Notes: a model not told the origin generated them from the letters alone. DNA of 64,000 nucleotides from Candidatus Micrarchaeota archaeon (GCA_023270055.1 JAGDYB010000019.1:32129-96128); one strand, 5' to 3'; counted from the first letter of the stretch, positions 9,787 to 19,800 are shown. Made by a program: numbers and translations.

Positions 9787-10522
9787 ATTGGAGGGAAATA
9801 AACCACAGCTTATTATAGACGGTAAGAGAACAGACGGAAGAGGATTCGATGAGCTAAGGCCAATAAAGATAGAAGCAAACATATTGAAGAACGCCAATGG
9901 CTCGGCATACATAGAATGGGGCAATAACAAAATACTTGCCGCAGTATATGGCCCAAAAGAGGCGTTGCCCAAGCACACTGCTGATCCAACAATGGCGATA
10001 ATCAAAAGCAGATATACTATGGCCCCTTTTTCATCGCTTGAAGAGCATGGCAGATCCGGACCAAACAGGAGAGCTACCGAAATTTCGAAAGTCACCTCAG
10101 AAGTATTTGAAAATATAATAATGCGAGAGATGTTTCCAGGAACTGAGATAGATATTTTCATAGAGGTGCTTCAGAGCGATGGTGGTACAAGAGCTGCAGG
10201 CATAACTGTAGCTTCAGTCGCTCTTGCAGCAGCGGGCATACCTATGTATGATCTCCCGTATGCCGTGTCCGCTGGTAAAATAGGAGACCAGATGGTGCTG
10301 GATTTAAACAAAATAGAAGATAATTATTCTGATGCAGATATACCGATGGCGATAAGCCCTCGGAACGGCGACATACTGTTGCTCCAGATGGACGGTTCAA
10401 TCACAAAAGAGGATTTTTCAACTGCATATTCTATGGTGAAAAAAGCTGGAGCCACAATATCAAAAATACAAAAAGACGCGCTGAAAGCGCCATATGAGAA
10501 GATAATAGAAAAATATAGGTAG
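9767..10522 (+). CDS. rrp41: Exosome RNase PH subunit Rrp41
   Basis: 'DGKRTDGRGFDELRP', 'GSAYIEWGNNKILAAVYGP', 'QSDGGTRAAGITVASVAL'. TTG start. The exact start is uncertain because it overlaps the rrp4 end. Confidence 0.9.
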   Translation: MKKQVFKLEGNKPQLIIDGKRTDGRGFDELRPIKIEANILKNANGSAYIEWGNNKILAAVYGPKEALPKHTADPTMAIIKSRYTMAPFSSLEEHGRSGPNRRATEISKVTSEVFENIIMREMFPGTEIDIFIEVLQSDGGTRAAGITVASVALAAAGIPMYDLPYAVSAGKIGDQMVLDLNKIEDNYSDADIPMAISPRNGDILLLQMDGSITKEDFSTAYSMVKKAGATISKIQKDALKAPYEKIIEKYR

Positions 10523-10527
10523 ATTTA

Positions 10528-11316
10528 ATGGGCTACATAGACATTGTAAAAAACGAATACATAAAAGAGATACTTCACAAGGGAATCAGGGATGACGGGC
10601 GCAAGTTCATGCAGTACCGCAGTATACAGGCCAGCGTAGGTACTATTCCAAACGCGGAAGGTTCTGCAGAAGTGGATATTGGAAACACAAAGGTGCTTGC
10701 TGGGATAAAGATAGACGTTGATACTCCAATGCCAGACAAGCCAGAAGAGGGGAATCTTATAGTTTCGGCTGAATTGCTTCCTTTGGCCTCCCCGGACTAC
10801 GATATAGGACCCCCAAGCCCAGCGGCAATAGAACTGGCAAGAGTAGTAGATAGAGGCATTAGGGCAGCCAACATACTCGACACGCAATCATTGTTCATAG
10901 AAAAGGACAAAGTATGGAGCGTATTTATAGATATATATGTACTAAACTATGACGGAAACCTGTTCGATGCGAGCACGCTGTCTGCAGTTGCAGCCTTGCT
11001 TCACACAAGGCAACCGAAATATGAAGAAGAAAAAGTAATCAGGGAAGGCACACTTCCGAAGCTAAAGACAAACGGCATGGTGACATCATGCACGTTCGGC
11101 AAGATAAATGGCAACATCCTTCTTGATCCAGACGGAAGCGAGGAATCAATAATGGATACAAGACTTACAATCGCAAACGATGAAAACAACAACATAAAAG
11201 CAATGCAGAAAGGCTTGCACGGCACGTTTTCGATAAAAGAAGTGGAGTCTATGATAGATACAACATTCGAGAAATCAAAAGATTTGAGGTCTGTGCTCAG
11301 TTCGCTGGAGAATTAA
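10528..11316 (+). CDS. rrp42: Exosome RNase PH-like subunit Rrp42
   Basis: 'GIRDDGRKFMQYR', 'GSAEVDIGNTKVLAGIK'. 262 aa. Confidence 0.85.
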   Translation: MGYIDIVKNEYIKEILHKGIRDDGRKFMQYRSIQASVGTIPNAEGSAEVDIGNTKVLAGIKIDVDTPMPDKPEEGNLIVSAELLPLASPDYDIGPPSPAAIELARVVDRGIRAANILDTQSLFIEKDKVWSVFIDIYVLNYDGNLFDASTLSAVAALLHTRQPKYEEEKVIREGTLPKLKTNGMVTSCTFGKINGNILLDPDGSEESIMDTRLTIANDENNNIKAMQKGLHGTFSIKEVESMIDTTFEKSKDLRSVLSSLEN

Positions 11317-11331
11317 TTTTTGGTGAGATTT

Positions 11332-11577
11332 ATGGCAAAGGCAAGCATAAGATATGGATTCACGCTCAGGAAAAGATACGACGCAGTGCTGAAGCAGAAG
11401 CGCGCAAGATACAGATGTGATGTGTGTGGCAAGCTCGCAGTAAAGAGAATAGGCAACGGCATTTGGCAATGCAAGAGCTGTGGCGCAACCTATGCCGGAG
11501 GCGCGTATACAATGAAGACGGAAGCGGGAGAAGCTTCGATGCGCATGCTTAGCCAGCTCAAGGAGGCAATGAAATGA
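11332..11577 (+). CDS. rpl37ae: Ribosomal protein L37Ae (eL43)
   Basis: Zn-ribbon 'YRCDVCGKLAVKRIGNGIWQCKSCGATYAGGAY'. I prefer the ATG at 11332 ('MAKASIRYG'). Confidence 0.9.
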   Translation: MAKASIRYGFTLRKRYDAVLKQKRARYRCDVCGKLAVKRIGNGIWQCKSCGATYAGGAYTMKTEAGEASMRMLSQLKEAMK

Positions 11578-11942
11578 TAAAAATAACATACGCGCCAGCA
11601 AACGAGCTCGTAATACACGAGATAATAAACATAGCTAAGGAAGACCTTATACGTGAACGCGTAACGCCAGCAGGCGTAATGCCTTTGTATTGGTGTGATG
11701 GCCTGCTCTTCAGTTTTTCATCACTTCCTCTTACTGATGACGTAGTAAAGGACTACCTTAAGGGGAGAATCCACTGGCTGGAAGTTCATTTTGCAAAGGA
11801 GGAAGAGTATAAGCCCGTTCTATCGCTAAACGACGAGGAATACAAAACGACAATGAATGTCAGGGTAATAGATACGAGCAATTCAGAAATGCATCGCGAA
11901 CTTGTAAAATGGATAAAGGGAACTGTAAAATCATACAAATAA
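11574..11942 (+). CDS. Hypothetical protein (122 aa), translationally coupled to rpl37ae
   Basis: The start overlaps the rpl37ae stop (ATGA). No motif recognised. It sits where a Brix-domain protein is usually found in this superoperon. Confidence 0.4.
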   Translation: MIKITYAPANELVIHEIINIAKEDLIRERVTPAGVMPLYWCDGLLFSFSSLPLTDDVVKDYLKGRIHWLEVHFAKEEEYKPVLSLNDEEYKTTMNVRVIDTSNSEMHRELVKWIKGTVKSYK

Positions 11943-11976
11943 TATGATCAAATATAATCAATAGAAGGTGTCTATA

Positions 11977-12108
11977 ATGTATATATGCCTGCATTGCGGC
12001 AAAGAAATAAAACAATTTGAGGAAAATTTCATAAGATGCCCTTACTGCGGTTACCGTGTGCTATCAAAAGCCCGCTCTAACATACCGCGCGAAGTCAAAA
12101 CAGACTGA
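11977..12108 (+). CDS. rpoP: RNA polymerase subunit P (Rpo12)
   Basis: 43-aa ORF absent from the supplied track. My translation: MYICLHCGKEIKQFEENFIRCPYCGYRVLSKARSNIPREVKTD. It has a CxxC...CxxC zinc ribbon, a GGTG Shine-Dalgarno about 7 nt upstream, and the conserved position after L37Ae. Confidence 0.8.
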   Translation: MYICLHCGKEIKQFEENFIRCPYCGYRVLSKARSNIPREVKTD

Positions 12109-12163
12109 ATACCTCGCATTGCGAATTTTCTTATCAAAAACAGCAGCGTTGCTATTGCAGCGT

Positions 12164-12403
12164 TCACTTGTTGCTGACTATTATCACGTCGCCGACCTCC
12201 TTTATCCTCTTGTATAACACGCTTTTCTTTGTGAGCACCTCACGGAGATCGCTTTCCTTTGACAGATGCTCAAGCTTGTCAAGTAGAATATGAGAGACAG
12301 ACAAATCTTCCACGTTTATAATAATCTCCTTGATATTTCCAAGTACGTCTCCGCCAACAGTTATAATCTTCTTGCCATACAAATCGGATATTTTGATTGT
12401 CAT
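12164..12403 (-). CDS. PRC-barrel domain protein
   Basis: 79 aa. 'ISDLYGKKIITVGGDVLGNIKEIIINVEDLSVSHILL' matches the PRC-barrel pattern. Confidence 0.55.
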   Translation of the reverse strand: MTIKISDLYGKKIITVGGDVLGNIKEIIINVEDLSVSHILLDKLEHLSKESDLREVLTKKSVLYKRIKEVGDVIIVSNK

Positions 12404-12412
12404 CGTACCAGC

Positions 12413-12982
12413 CTATTTACTTCCTATTTTCAGCCTACTAATCTTTTTCGATGCAAAAATTCTTAATACGTACTCCTGTATTGTTTTCGCTGTCTCCATT
12501 CTGTCCTTCTCCAGTTCGGCAGTCTCCTCCTCACTGAACAACTCCCTGTTTCTGTCTATAAGCTTCTCAAGATACGCGTCATTCAGAGAGTAGTATTTTT
12601 TACCGCAACTCTTGCAGACATACAAAGGTATAACTGGCACGTTTTTTATCATGCTTGGCTCTACCAGGTCAAGTTCTCTGCACAGACTTTTTTTACCGCA
12701 GGAAGGGCAAACCCCCCTTACTTCAACGGGATCATACCTTTCGTATTCGTCAATTTTAATCTCGCTTACAATTTCACGATTCGCAAAGAAGCCCTTTATG
12801 CACTCAACAGGATCATTGCTCCTATAATATATCTGATCTACAACATCTCCGTCCATTGAAAATTCAGTTGCAACGGTACCATTAACTATTTTTTCGAAGA
12901 CAGCAAAATTTTCGCCGTTCTTCGAACTATATGCTTCTGTTCTGTACCTTCCATCACCGCTCCTTATAATTCTCATGCTCAA
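12413..12982 (-). CDS. Hypothetical zinc-ribbon protein
   Basis: 189 aa with 'CPSCGKK...CKSCGKK' (CxxC x2). The start overlaps the stop of the upstream histone gene by 4 nt. Confidence 0.5.
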   Translation of the reverse strand: MSMRIIRSGDGRYRTEAYSSKNGENFAVFEKIVNGTVATEFSMDGDVVDQIYYRSNDPVECIKGFFANREIVSEIKIDEYERYDPVEVRGVCPSCGKKSLCRELDLVEPSMIKNVPVIPLYVCKSCGKKYYSLNDAYLEKLIDRNRELFSEEETAELEKDRMETAKTIQEYVLRIFASKKISRLKIGSK

Positions 12983-13188
12983 TCAATCTCTAGAAGGGCT
13001 TTTGTTATATCTTCCCTGGTGATCTTGCTCCTGTTATCCTTTTTGGCATTTTCCACAGCCAGCCTCGATATGGCCTTCGCCTTATCCTCTAAAATTTTGG
13101 CGAGCTCATCAGCGCCAGTGTCTGTTATGTTTGCCTTCGCGTATTTTTTAATCAGCTTCTTTATAGCTTCCTTTGGCAAGCTCGCCAT
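12979..13188 (-). CDS. Archaeal histone (single histone fold)
   Basis: From the ATG at 13188: 'MASLPKEAIKKLIKKYAKANITDTGADELAKILEDKAKAISRLAVENAKKDNRSKITREDITKAL'. This aligns by eye with HMf-type histones. GGTGA Shine-Dalgarno 4-5 nt upstream. Confidence 0.8.
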   Translation of the reverse strand: MASLPKEAIKKLIKKYAKANITDTGADELAKILEDKAKAISRLAVENAKKDNRSKITREDITKALLEID

Positions 13189-13202
13189 TGTGTCACCGTA
13201 TA

Positions 13203-13247
13203 TCAGCACTCAAGATCTTCATCACTATTCAGAAGAATTCTCATCAT
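13203..13247 (-). ncRNA. Candidate C/D-box sRNA or K-turn element in the histone leader
   Basis: Minus-strand read: AUGAUGA (13247-13241), 8 nt, CUGA (13232-13229), 3 nt, GUGAUGA (13225-13219), 12 nt, CUGA (13206-13203). The C'/D half has canonical 12-nt spacing. The C/D' spacer is only 8 nt and no clear terminal stem is present. Confidence 0.3.
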
Positions 13248-13460
13248 CTGTGTATATTAAGCAGAGAGATTATAAATATTTAGCTGCGCCATGTCGCATA
13301 TGGTGCGCAATCTGTCAGTGTCAAACACAACAAATAAATAAGTATAAATTAAAATTATAATTGCAATACGGATGGCAAATAAATTAGTAAACGTTTAGTA
13401 ATGTATTTTACGCAAAAAACAGTTAAGATATAAAAGCATGTGTAAAAATATATTGTTCGT

Positions 13461-13793
13461 TTGGTGGTGATTTTGGTGGTTATAGATATAAACGCCGCGG
13501 ATTTTGAAAGAGAGGTTATAAAATCTGATAAGCCTGTAGTAATAGATTTCTGGGCTGAATGGTGCGGTCCATGCCGGATACTGTCTCCTATAATAGACGA
13601 AGTGTCTAACGAGTATGCCGGGAAAGTAAAATTCGTCAAGGTTAACGTGGATGACAATCCACAGCTCGCTGAGAAGTTTAGCATAATGAGCATACCAACA
13701 ACAATGTTATTTGACCATGGGCGCGTTAAGGCCACTTCCATAGGTGCGGTGCCAAAAGAAATATTTAAGAAATGGCTCCAGAATAGTATTTAG
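13461..13793 (+). CDS. trxA: Thioredoxin
   Basis: Active site 'WAEWCGPCR'. About 105 aa. Non-ATG start, exact start uncertain. Confidence 0.85.
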   Translation: MVVILVVIDINAADFEREVIKSDKPVVIDFWAEWCGPCRILSPIIDEVSNEYAGKVKFVKVNVDDNPQLAEKFSIMSIPTTMLFDHGRVKATSIGAVPKEIFKKWLQNSI

Positions 13794-13801
13794 GTGCAAA
13801 A

Positions 13802-15091
13802 ATGCCTATATCGTTGCCAAGAGGGGTATCTGATTTCATTACCAGCGAAGCCATTGCTAGGAAAGAGCTTATTGACATTGCCGAGGAGATATTTAAACGG
13901 TACGGTTTTTACCCCATAGAAACGCCAAGCATTGAAAACCTTGACGTGCTCAACGCAAAATCCTATGGCGACGAGCCAAGCAGGCAGATATATACGATAG
14001 AAGGCGAGAACGCCGGCTTACGTTTTGATCTCACCGTTCCAATGGCGCGGTACATAGCAATGCATTCAAGCATGCCTTTGCCATTCAAAAGGTACCAAAT
14101 AGGGTATACGTGGCGCAAGGACGAGCCGCAGTTTATGAGGCGCAGGGAGTTCCTCCAAGCAGACGTGGATATAGTCGGAAGCTCCAGCGTGACAAGCGAT
14201 GCTGAAGCGATAGCGGCGCCGGCGACTGCGCTTAATGAGATGGGTGTTGACAACTACAAGATATACATAAACAGCAGAGTCTTCCTGAATTCGATTCTTT
14301 CGTATTTTGGCGTGAGCGAGCAGAATCAGAAGCAGGCAATCGTAACAATAGATAAAATGCCAAAGATGTCTGCTGACGAAATAATACTGCAGCTTTCCAA
14401 GCTAAGCAATCAAGAGGTCGCTCAGAAGATAGTCAACTTCATAAACCAAGAAGGCACAAACGAAGAAAAGCTCAACATACTTGAAGCAAACATAAAGGAC
14501 GAAAGGCTTGCCGAAGAAATCAAGAAAGCCAGGAAGCTGCTCGAGCTTTTGGGCAGCTACAACCTTGATCGTGAACTGGTCATAGACCTATCCTTAGCAA
14601 GAGGGCTTGACTATTATACCGGATTCGTATGGGAATTCATAAAAACTGACGATGCAGGCAAACGCTTGCCTACGATCGCCGCTGGCGGCAGATACGACAA
14701 TCTTATAGGCATATACGCTAAAAACAGCCTACCTGCATGCGGTACATCTATAGGCATAGACAGGGTTTTTGAGATGCTGAAGACGGATGCAAGCGAGAAA
14801 TCTTACACAAAGCTTTTTGTTGCATATATCGGCAGTGAAAACGAGGTATATGCTATCAACACTGCAAACAAATGCAGGGCAGCTGGCATATACACAGACA
14901 TGAATCTGACCGAAAGGAATATATCGAAACAATTGGACTATGCCAATGCAATAAAATGCAAGTATGTAATGATACTCGGCAATGAAGAACGGCAGGGCAA
15001 GGTGGTAAGGCTGAAGAACATGATCAGCGGCAATGAGGAACTACTACCACTTGAAGAGGCAATAGAGATTGTTAAAAAGGACCAGGAATAA
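13802..15091 (+). CDS. hisS: Histidyl-tRNA synthetase
   Basis: Class II motifs 'GLRFDLTVPMARY', 'FKRYQIGYTWRKDEPQFMRRREFLQADVDIVG', 'AAGGRYDNLI', 'GTSIGIDRV'. 429 aa. Confidence 0.95.
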   Translation: MPISLPRGVSDFITSEAIARKELIDIAEEIFKRYGFYPIETPSIENLDVLNAKSYGDEPSRQIYTIEGENAGLRFDLTVPMARYIAMHSSMPLPFKRYQIGYTWRKDEPQFMRRREFLQADVDIVGSSSVTSDAEAIAAPATALNEMGVDNYKIYINSRVFLNSILSYFGVSEQNQKQAIVTIDKMPKMSADEIILQLSKLSNQEVAQKIVNFINQEGTNEEKLNILEANIKDERLAEEIKKARKLLELLGSYNLDRELVIDLSLARGLDYYTGFVWEFIKTDDAGKRLPTIAAGGRYDNLIGIYAKNSLPACGTSIGIDRVFEMLKTDASEKSYTKLFVAYIGSENEVYAINTANKCRAAGIYTDMNLTERNISKQLDYANAIKCKYVMILGNEERQGKVVRLKNMISGNEELLPLEEAIEIVKKDQE

Positions 15092-15111
15092 AAGCGCTAT
15101 AACGGTGTGTT

Positions 15112-15630
15112 TTGATGGCAAAAAACGAAGTAGATGCTGTAACCCATGAAACAGTGCAGAAGGGCGGGATTCTTGCAAAGTTATACTTTGATATGCAAAG
15201 CGAGAAGGAAGAAGATCTTCAGCCATTGATGGCCGACCTTATAAGCAACAGGCTGCTCAAGTCGCAAGGTGTCGTGTACTGCTACGGCTCAATAGAAGAA
15301 CCGATAAAGGTAGACAACGTTTATTCGGCAGATGCGGTGGTGACTATACTCACAAAAGATCTTGCAGCGCTTGTGAATGTAGTATTCAACTATGCACCTG
15401 CTGGCATAGAACTTCTCAAACCCGAAAAGGAGTTCGTAATTAAAACAGCGGAACTGCAGTCAACACTTCTTGACATATCGCAGATCTCCATGTCATATAC
15501 GCAGTATATACTTAGCAAGGTTCTCAATAAGGAGGACTACGACAAAACGCTCCAGATACTTAAGGAAAGGGAGGCACTAGGAAAGAAGCTGCTCAAAAAA
15601 GAGAACGACGGCGCAAACAAGCAGCAATAG
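15112..15630 (+). CDS. Hypothetical protein (172 aa)
   Basis: Clean ORF with coding-like composition directly after hisS. No motif recognised. Confidence 0.4.
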   Translation: MMAKNEVDAVTHETVQKGGILAKLYFDMQSEKEEDLQPLMADLISNRLLKSQGVVYCYGSIEEPIKVDNVYSADAVVTILTKDLAALVNVVFNYAPAGIELLKPEKEFVIKTAELQSTLLDISQISMSYTQYILSKVLNKEDYDKTLQILKEREALGKKLLKKENDGANKQQ

Positions 15631-15632
15631 TT

Positions 15633-16733
15633 TCAGTTACGTTTCCTGAGAAAGACCCTTTTGATGATAAGGCTTGGGCTATCCATATCTCCATATTTAG
15701 ACAGAAGACTTTCGAAGCCAAGCTTCTTGGCAGTCTTCATTGCAAACGCCAAGGAACGCAGGCTGCTTCTCGAATAAAAATTGCGCACCATACTGTGCAT
15801 TGCAATGTCCCTTCCAAACTTTTGCCGCCAAGCTTTTTCATATTCAACCAGCTGTTTGCCGTGGCTAATATGTTCATACACTGCGTTTCCAACCATTATC
15901 GCAGCATTTCCGCCTAGCACAATTCCCCCGCCTGTGCTGGCCTTTACTTGCCCCGCAGCATCGCCCACCAGCAGTACTTTTTTTTCTTCGTCAACAAACT
16001 TTTTTCTCAACATAACTGGTATTATGCTTGCTGCTTGATTCCTTGGCTCCTTGCCATTTATCTGTTCTGCCACGTACTTTGTCCTGACAAAGGAATCAAA
16101 TGCGTGCTTGCTGTTTCCGCGCTTTGAATCTATCCCAACTCCAACCTCAATGGTGCCATCACCTTTCGGTATTATCCATCCAAAGAATCCTGGTGTTACG
16201 TTGTTGTCAAAGAACAATTCCACGTTTTCGCTATCTTCCATAGTTCGATACTCTGCCTTGAAGGTAAGCACATACTTTTCTATCGGCGGGAATCCGAAAT
16301 GTTTCGCAACTGTGGATACGGCACCATCAGCCCCGACAATTATGCTTTTTTTGCTAAACTTATCGAGCATAGCACTAGAAACGCCAATTCCTTTCTTCAC
16401 CGATGCTCCTGCGTCTAAGCACTCGTCATAGCAGATTTCATTGAGAATGAGCCTATCGACTACATGCGCAACGGGTTTTTCCGCGTGCACAGTGAAGCTT
16501 TCCCTCCCTGTATGGATTATTGCCCCATACAGATCGTTGGTAACCGCCTTTTTGTAGCTTATTCTAAGGCTTTCCAAACCTCTTATCGATATGACCCCAG
16601 ATGCCTTTACTGGATACCCAAGCTTTTCCTTTCTATCATATACTGTCACCTTTATTCCGTGTGCTGCAATACTTTTGGCTGCAATTAAGCCGGCGGTTCC
16701 AGCACCAATAACCACTACTTCGTCAGTTTCCAT
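15633..16733 (-). CDS. Geranylgeranyl reductase family FAD-dependent oxidoreductase
   Basis: FAD-binding 'VVVIGAGTAGLIAAKSIAAHGIKVTVYDRK' and 'LLVGDAAGQVKASTGGGI'. I prefer the ATG at 16733 ('METDEVVV') over the track start at 16766. Confidence 0.8.
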   Translation of the reverse strand: METDEVVVIGAGTAGLIAAKSIAAHGIKVTVYDRKEKLGYPVKASGVISIRGLESLRISYKKAVTNDLYGAIIHTGRESFTVHAEKPVAHVVDRLILNEICYDECLDAGASVKKGIGVSSAMLDKFSKKSIIVGADGAVSTVAKHFGFPPIEKYVLTFKAEYRTMEDSENVELFFDNNVTPGFFGWIIPKGDGTIEVGVGIDSKRGNSKHAFDSFVRTKYVAEQINGKEPRNQAASIIPVMLRKKFVDEEKKVLLVGDAAGQVKASTGGGIVLGGNAAIMVGNAVYEHISHGKQLVEYEKAWRQKFGRDIAMHSMVRNFYSRSSLRSLAFAMKTAKKLGFESLLSKYGDMDSPSLIIKRVFLRKRN

Positions 16734-16865
16734 TATGATTTCCCTGTTCCAGATTTCAAAGACCAAATCAAAAATTCAAAAACTAAAAGTTCAAATGCTT
16801 TTAAATACCTTTTTATTTATATTATACCAGTTAGCATAAATTCATATGCCAAACCACTTGATTCA

Positions 16866-19800
16866 ATGCCTCTTTTGACGATCTTCATTGCCTTCCTTGC
16901 AATAATTGTCCCCGGCTTCTTCTTAGCACTCGCTCTGCTCAGGAAAACGATGCTGAACCTTTTTGAAATAACAGTAATAGGTTTTATATTTGGTCTTATA
17001 TTTCCACCTGTGCTCACTTGGTTCGAATCTTATTTCATAAACAGCATTCACGCATTTTCCTTTTCTGCCGGGCTTTATAATGTGAATGTTGTTATTCTCA
17101 CGATCATAGGCATAGCGCTCTGCATACAGCAAGGTGCAATAAAGATTCCAGGCATTACCAGAAAGGATGAAGTAAAAGAGATCATAGTGGAAGAGAAGGA
17201 TTACAGGAGCAGAATAAATGATCTCAGGCAGAGAATAAAGTTGCTTAACACTGACCTAACACTTGTCAACAAGCACGAGGAAGAAGAGAATGCGCTAAAA
17301 AGAAGGCAGGAGGCTGAGCTGGCATCATTGCAAGGGCTTTCGGAAGAAGAGAAGGAGAAGATAAAATCGATGCACGAGGAAGAAGTGAAAAAGCTTGTTG
17401 AAGAGCACGAGAAAGAGGAGATGCTTCTTATAAAAAGCTCCAAGAACGAGAAAAATTCAATACCTAGCAGTGCCACATGGCTAATACTTCTTTTCCTAAT
17501 GCTGCTTACTTTTTCGACAAGGATGCTAAGCATAGGCATAGCACCAAAGTTCTTTGAGTTCGATCCATATTTCGACATGATAAGCACGGAATACATACTG
17601 ACGTATGGCTACCAGCTTCTTTACGACCACGCCGCATGGCCTACGGTTGCCACGGGCACATCGCACAGGATTCAGCCCATAATACCATATCTCGAAGCAT
17701 ACTGGTATGATTTGGCCAATTCCCTGGACTTTCACTACACCACGCTCAACACAACGCTGCTAAGCGATGTGAGCAGCTTCTATCCACCAATCGCCGCTGC
17801 GTTGCTAGTCTTTGTAATATTCCTGTTCCTTTATCATGAGTACGGAAGCTTTACTGCCCTTGTCGGCGCTTCGCTTGCTACGTTTATGCCAACGCTGATA
17901 ACAACCTTCGTTGCAGGCGAACAACTCCTTGAGCCGTGGGGTATTTTTGCGATGTTCTTCTTCTACGCAACATATTTCCTTGCTGTTAAGCACTCTAAGG
18001 AAAGGAGGTTTGCGGTGCTTGCCGGCATTGCTTTTGCATCAACATTCCTAGGCGCCCACTACTACACGGTTAACGCCGGAGTAATGGCCATATACATATT
18101 GCTTCAGGGTGTATATCTTATTCTTAAAAAGCGCGAGACAAGAGACTTCTACATAACAAATGCGATAGTAATCATAACCTTCTCCATATTCTACCTAATA
18201 TACTCGCCGTACAACGCAACCTTAACTGAAAGAATACCTTCGTTCCTCGGCGTACCATCGATAATAGGCTTTCCTCTGGCTGCATTCCTCATAATCATGA
18301 TATACGAATACGTGCCAATCCTGCTAAACAAATTCAAGATAACAAACCTCAAGATAAATCGGTCGCTGTATGTAGAATGGCTTGTGCTGCTTGTAATAAT
18401 AGCGCTGCTTCTTGTAGCTTTTACCTCAGTAGGGAAGCCAATAAAGTCTTACTTGAACTTGAGCTACAAGTTCACCCACCCTTCGACTCCACTGTTCATG
18501 ACTGTGCAGGAATTCGAGCCTAGCGGCATAAATTTTGATTTTGGCTCAGCAGGTTTTGGCATAATAGCGGTACAGTTCGGAGGCTTCAGCATACTGCTAT
18601 GGGCTGTAATCATAGCATTCACTGTAATAGAAATTTTGTTGCTTCTTTACAGAAATTCAATGTCAAGCATTTTGCTGCTCGCTGCAGTGTGGCCGCTGAT
18701 AATAGCCGCGATGGCTGAAGTCAAGTACATACCACATTTCGGCGTTGCATACATATTGGCTCTGAGTATAATTTTCGGGGAACTTCTCATATATGCAGAA
18801 AAAAATAAGTTATCTTCGAACAACAAGATAAACCTCAAAAACGTGGTTTATGCCATTGGACTTTTCGTAGTATTTGCTGAGGCACTTGTTCTGGTGCCTA
18901 TCCTTTCTGCAGTTTCAAATCCAAACTGCGCAGTACTGTCAAATCCAAACAATCCAAACGCAATAGGCTACGATTTGTACTGCAACGTAGTGCCTAGCTA
19001 TTGGCTCAGCGCGACTGCATGGATGAAATCCCATGTTGGCCCGTATGCGGCAAGGATACTCTCATGGTGGGACTACGGCGATTGGATAAATTGGTTTGGC
19101 AACAGCAACGCTGTTATAAGGGGCGACAATTCTGTGCCATCACTTGACGAGGCAGTTGCAGCACAGTATGTACTAAGCCCACAAGATGGTTTTGGTCCAA
19201 AAACGCTTGCCAACTTCATGAACAAAAACCAGACAGAATATGTAGTTTTTGATAACGCACTTCAGCAGAAATGGGGTGCATTGGATTTCCTTGCATGCGT
19301 ATATGTCAACGAGACAAGCGAGCAGTATGCTGAACAGCAGGCAAGTGTGCTGAATGCATCGCAACCATACGTACTAGGCCAGTCAACATGCGAGGTTAAC
19401 CATGCACCAGTATATGCTTTGGTGCCGCTAAATACATCAATCATAAGCAACTTCTGTCAATCTAGCAATTCATCCGCAGTTGCAATTAAAACAATTCTCA
19501 TACAAGGCAATCACGAGCCGCCGCTTACCGTGGGCACGTACTGCATACCAGAGAACGGACTTAACAATCCTGTAGTGCGGCTTTACAATCAAACGGGCAA
19601 ACCTACAAACATGCTTATAGTGCAATCTTCACAGTTCTTCTACGGCTACGCCAAAATACCAGGCATGGGTGTTGTCGCAGATTTCATGGTGCTTTACACT
19701 CCAAACGGACCAAACTACACAATAACAGACGCACCGTCGCTGTTCTACAATTCCACATACTACAAAGCTTTCTTCTTCGGCCATCTCAAAGGGTTTACTT

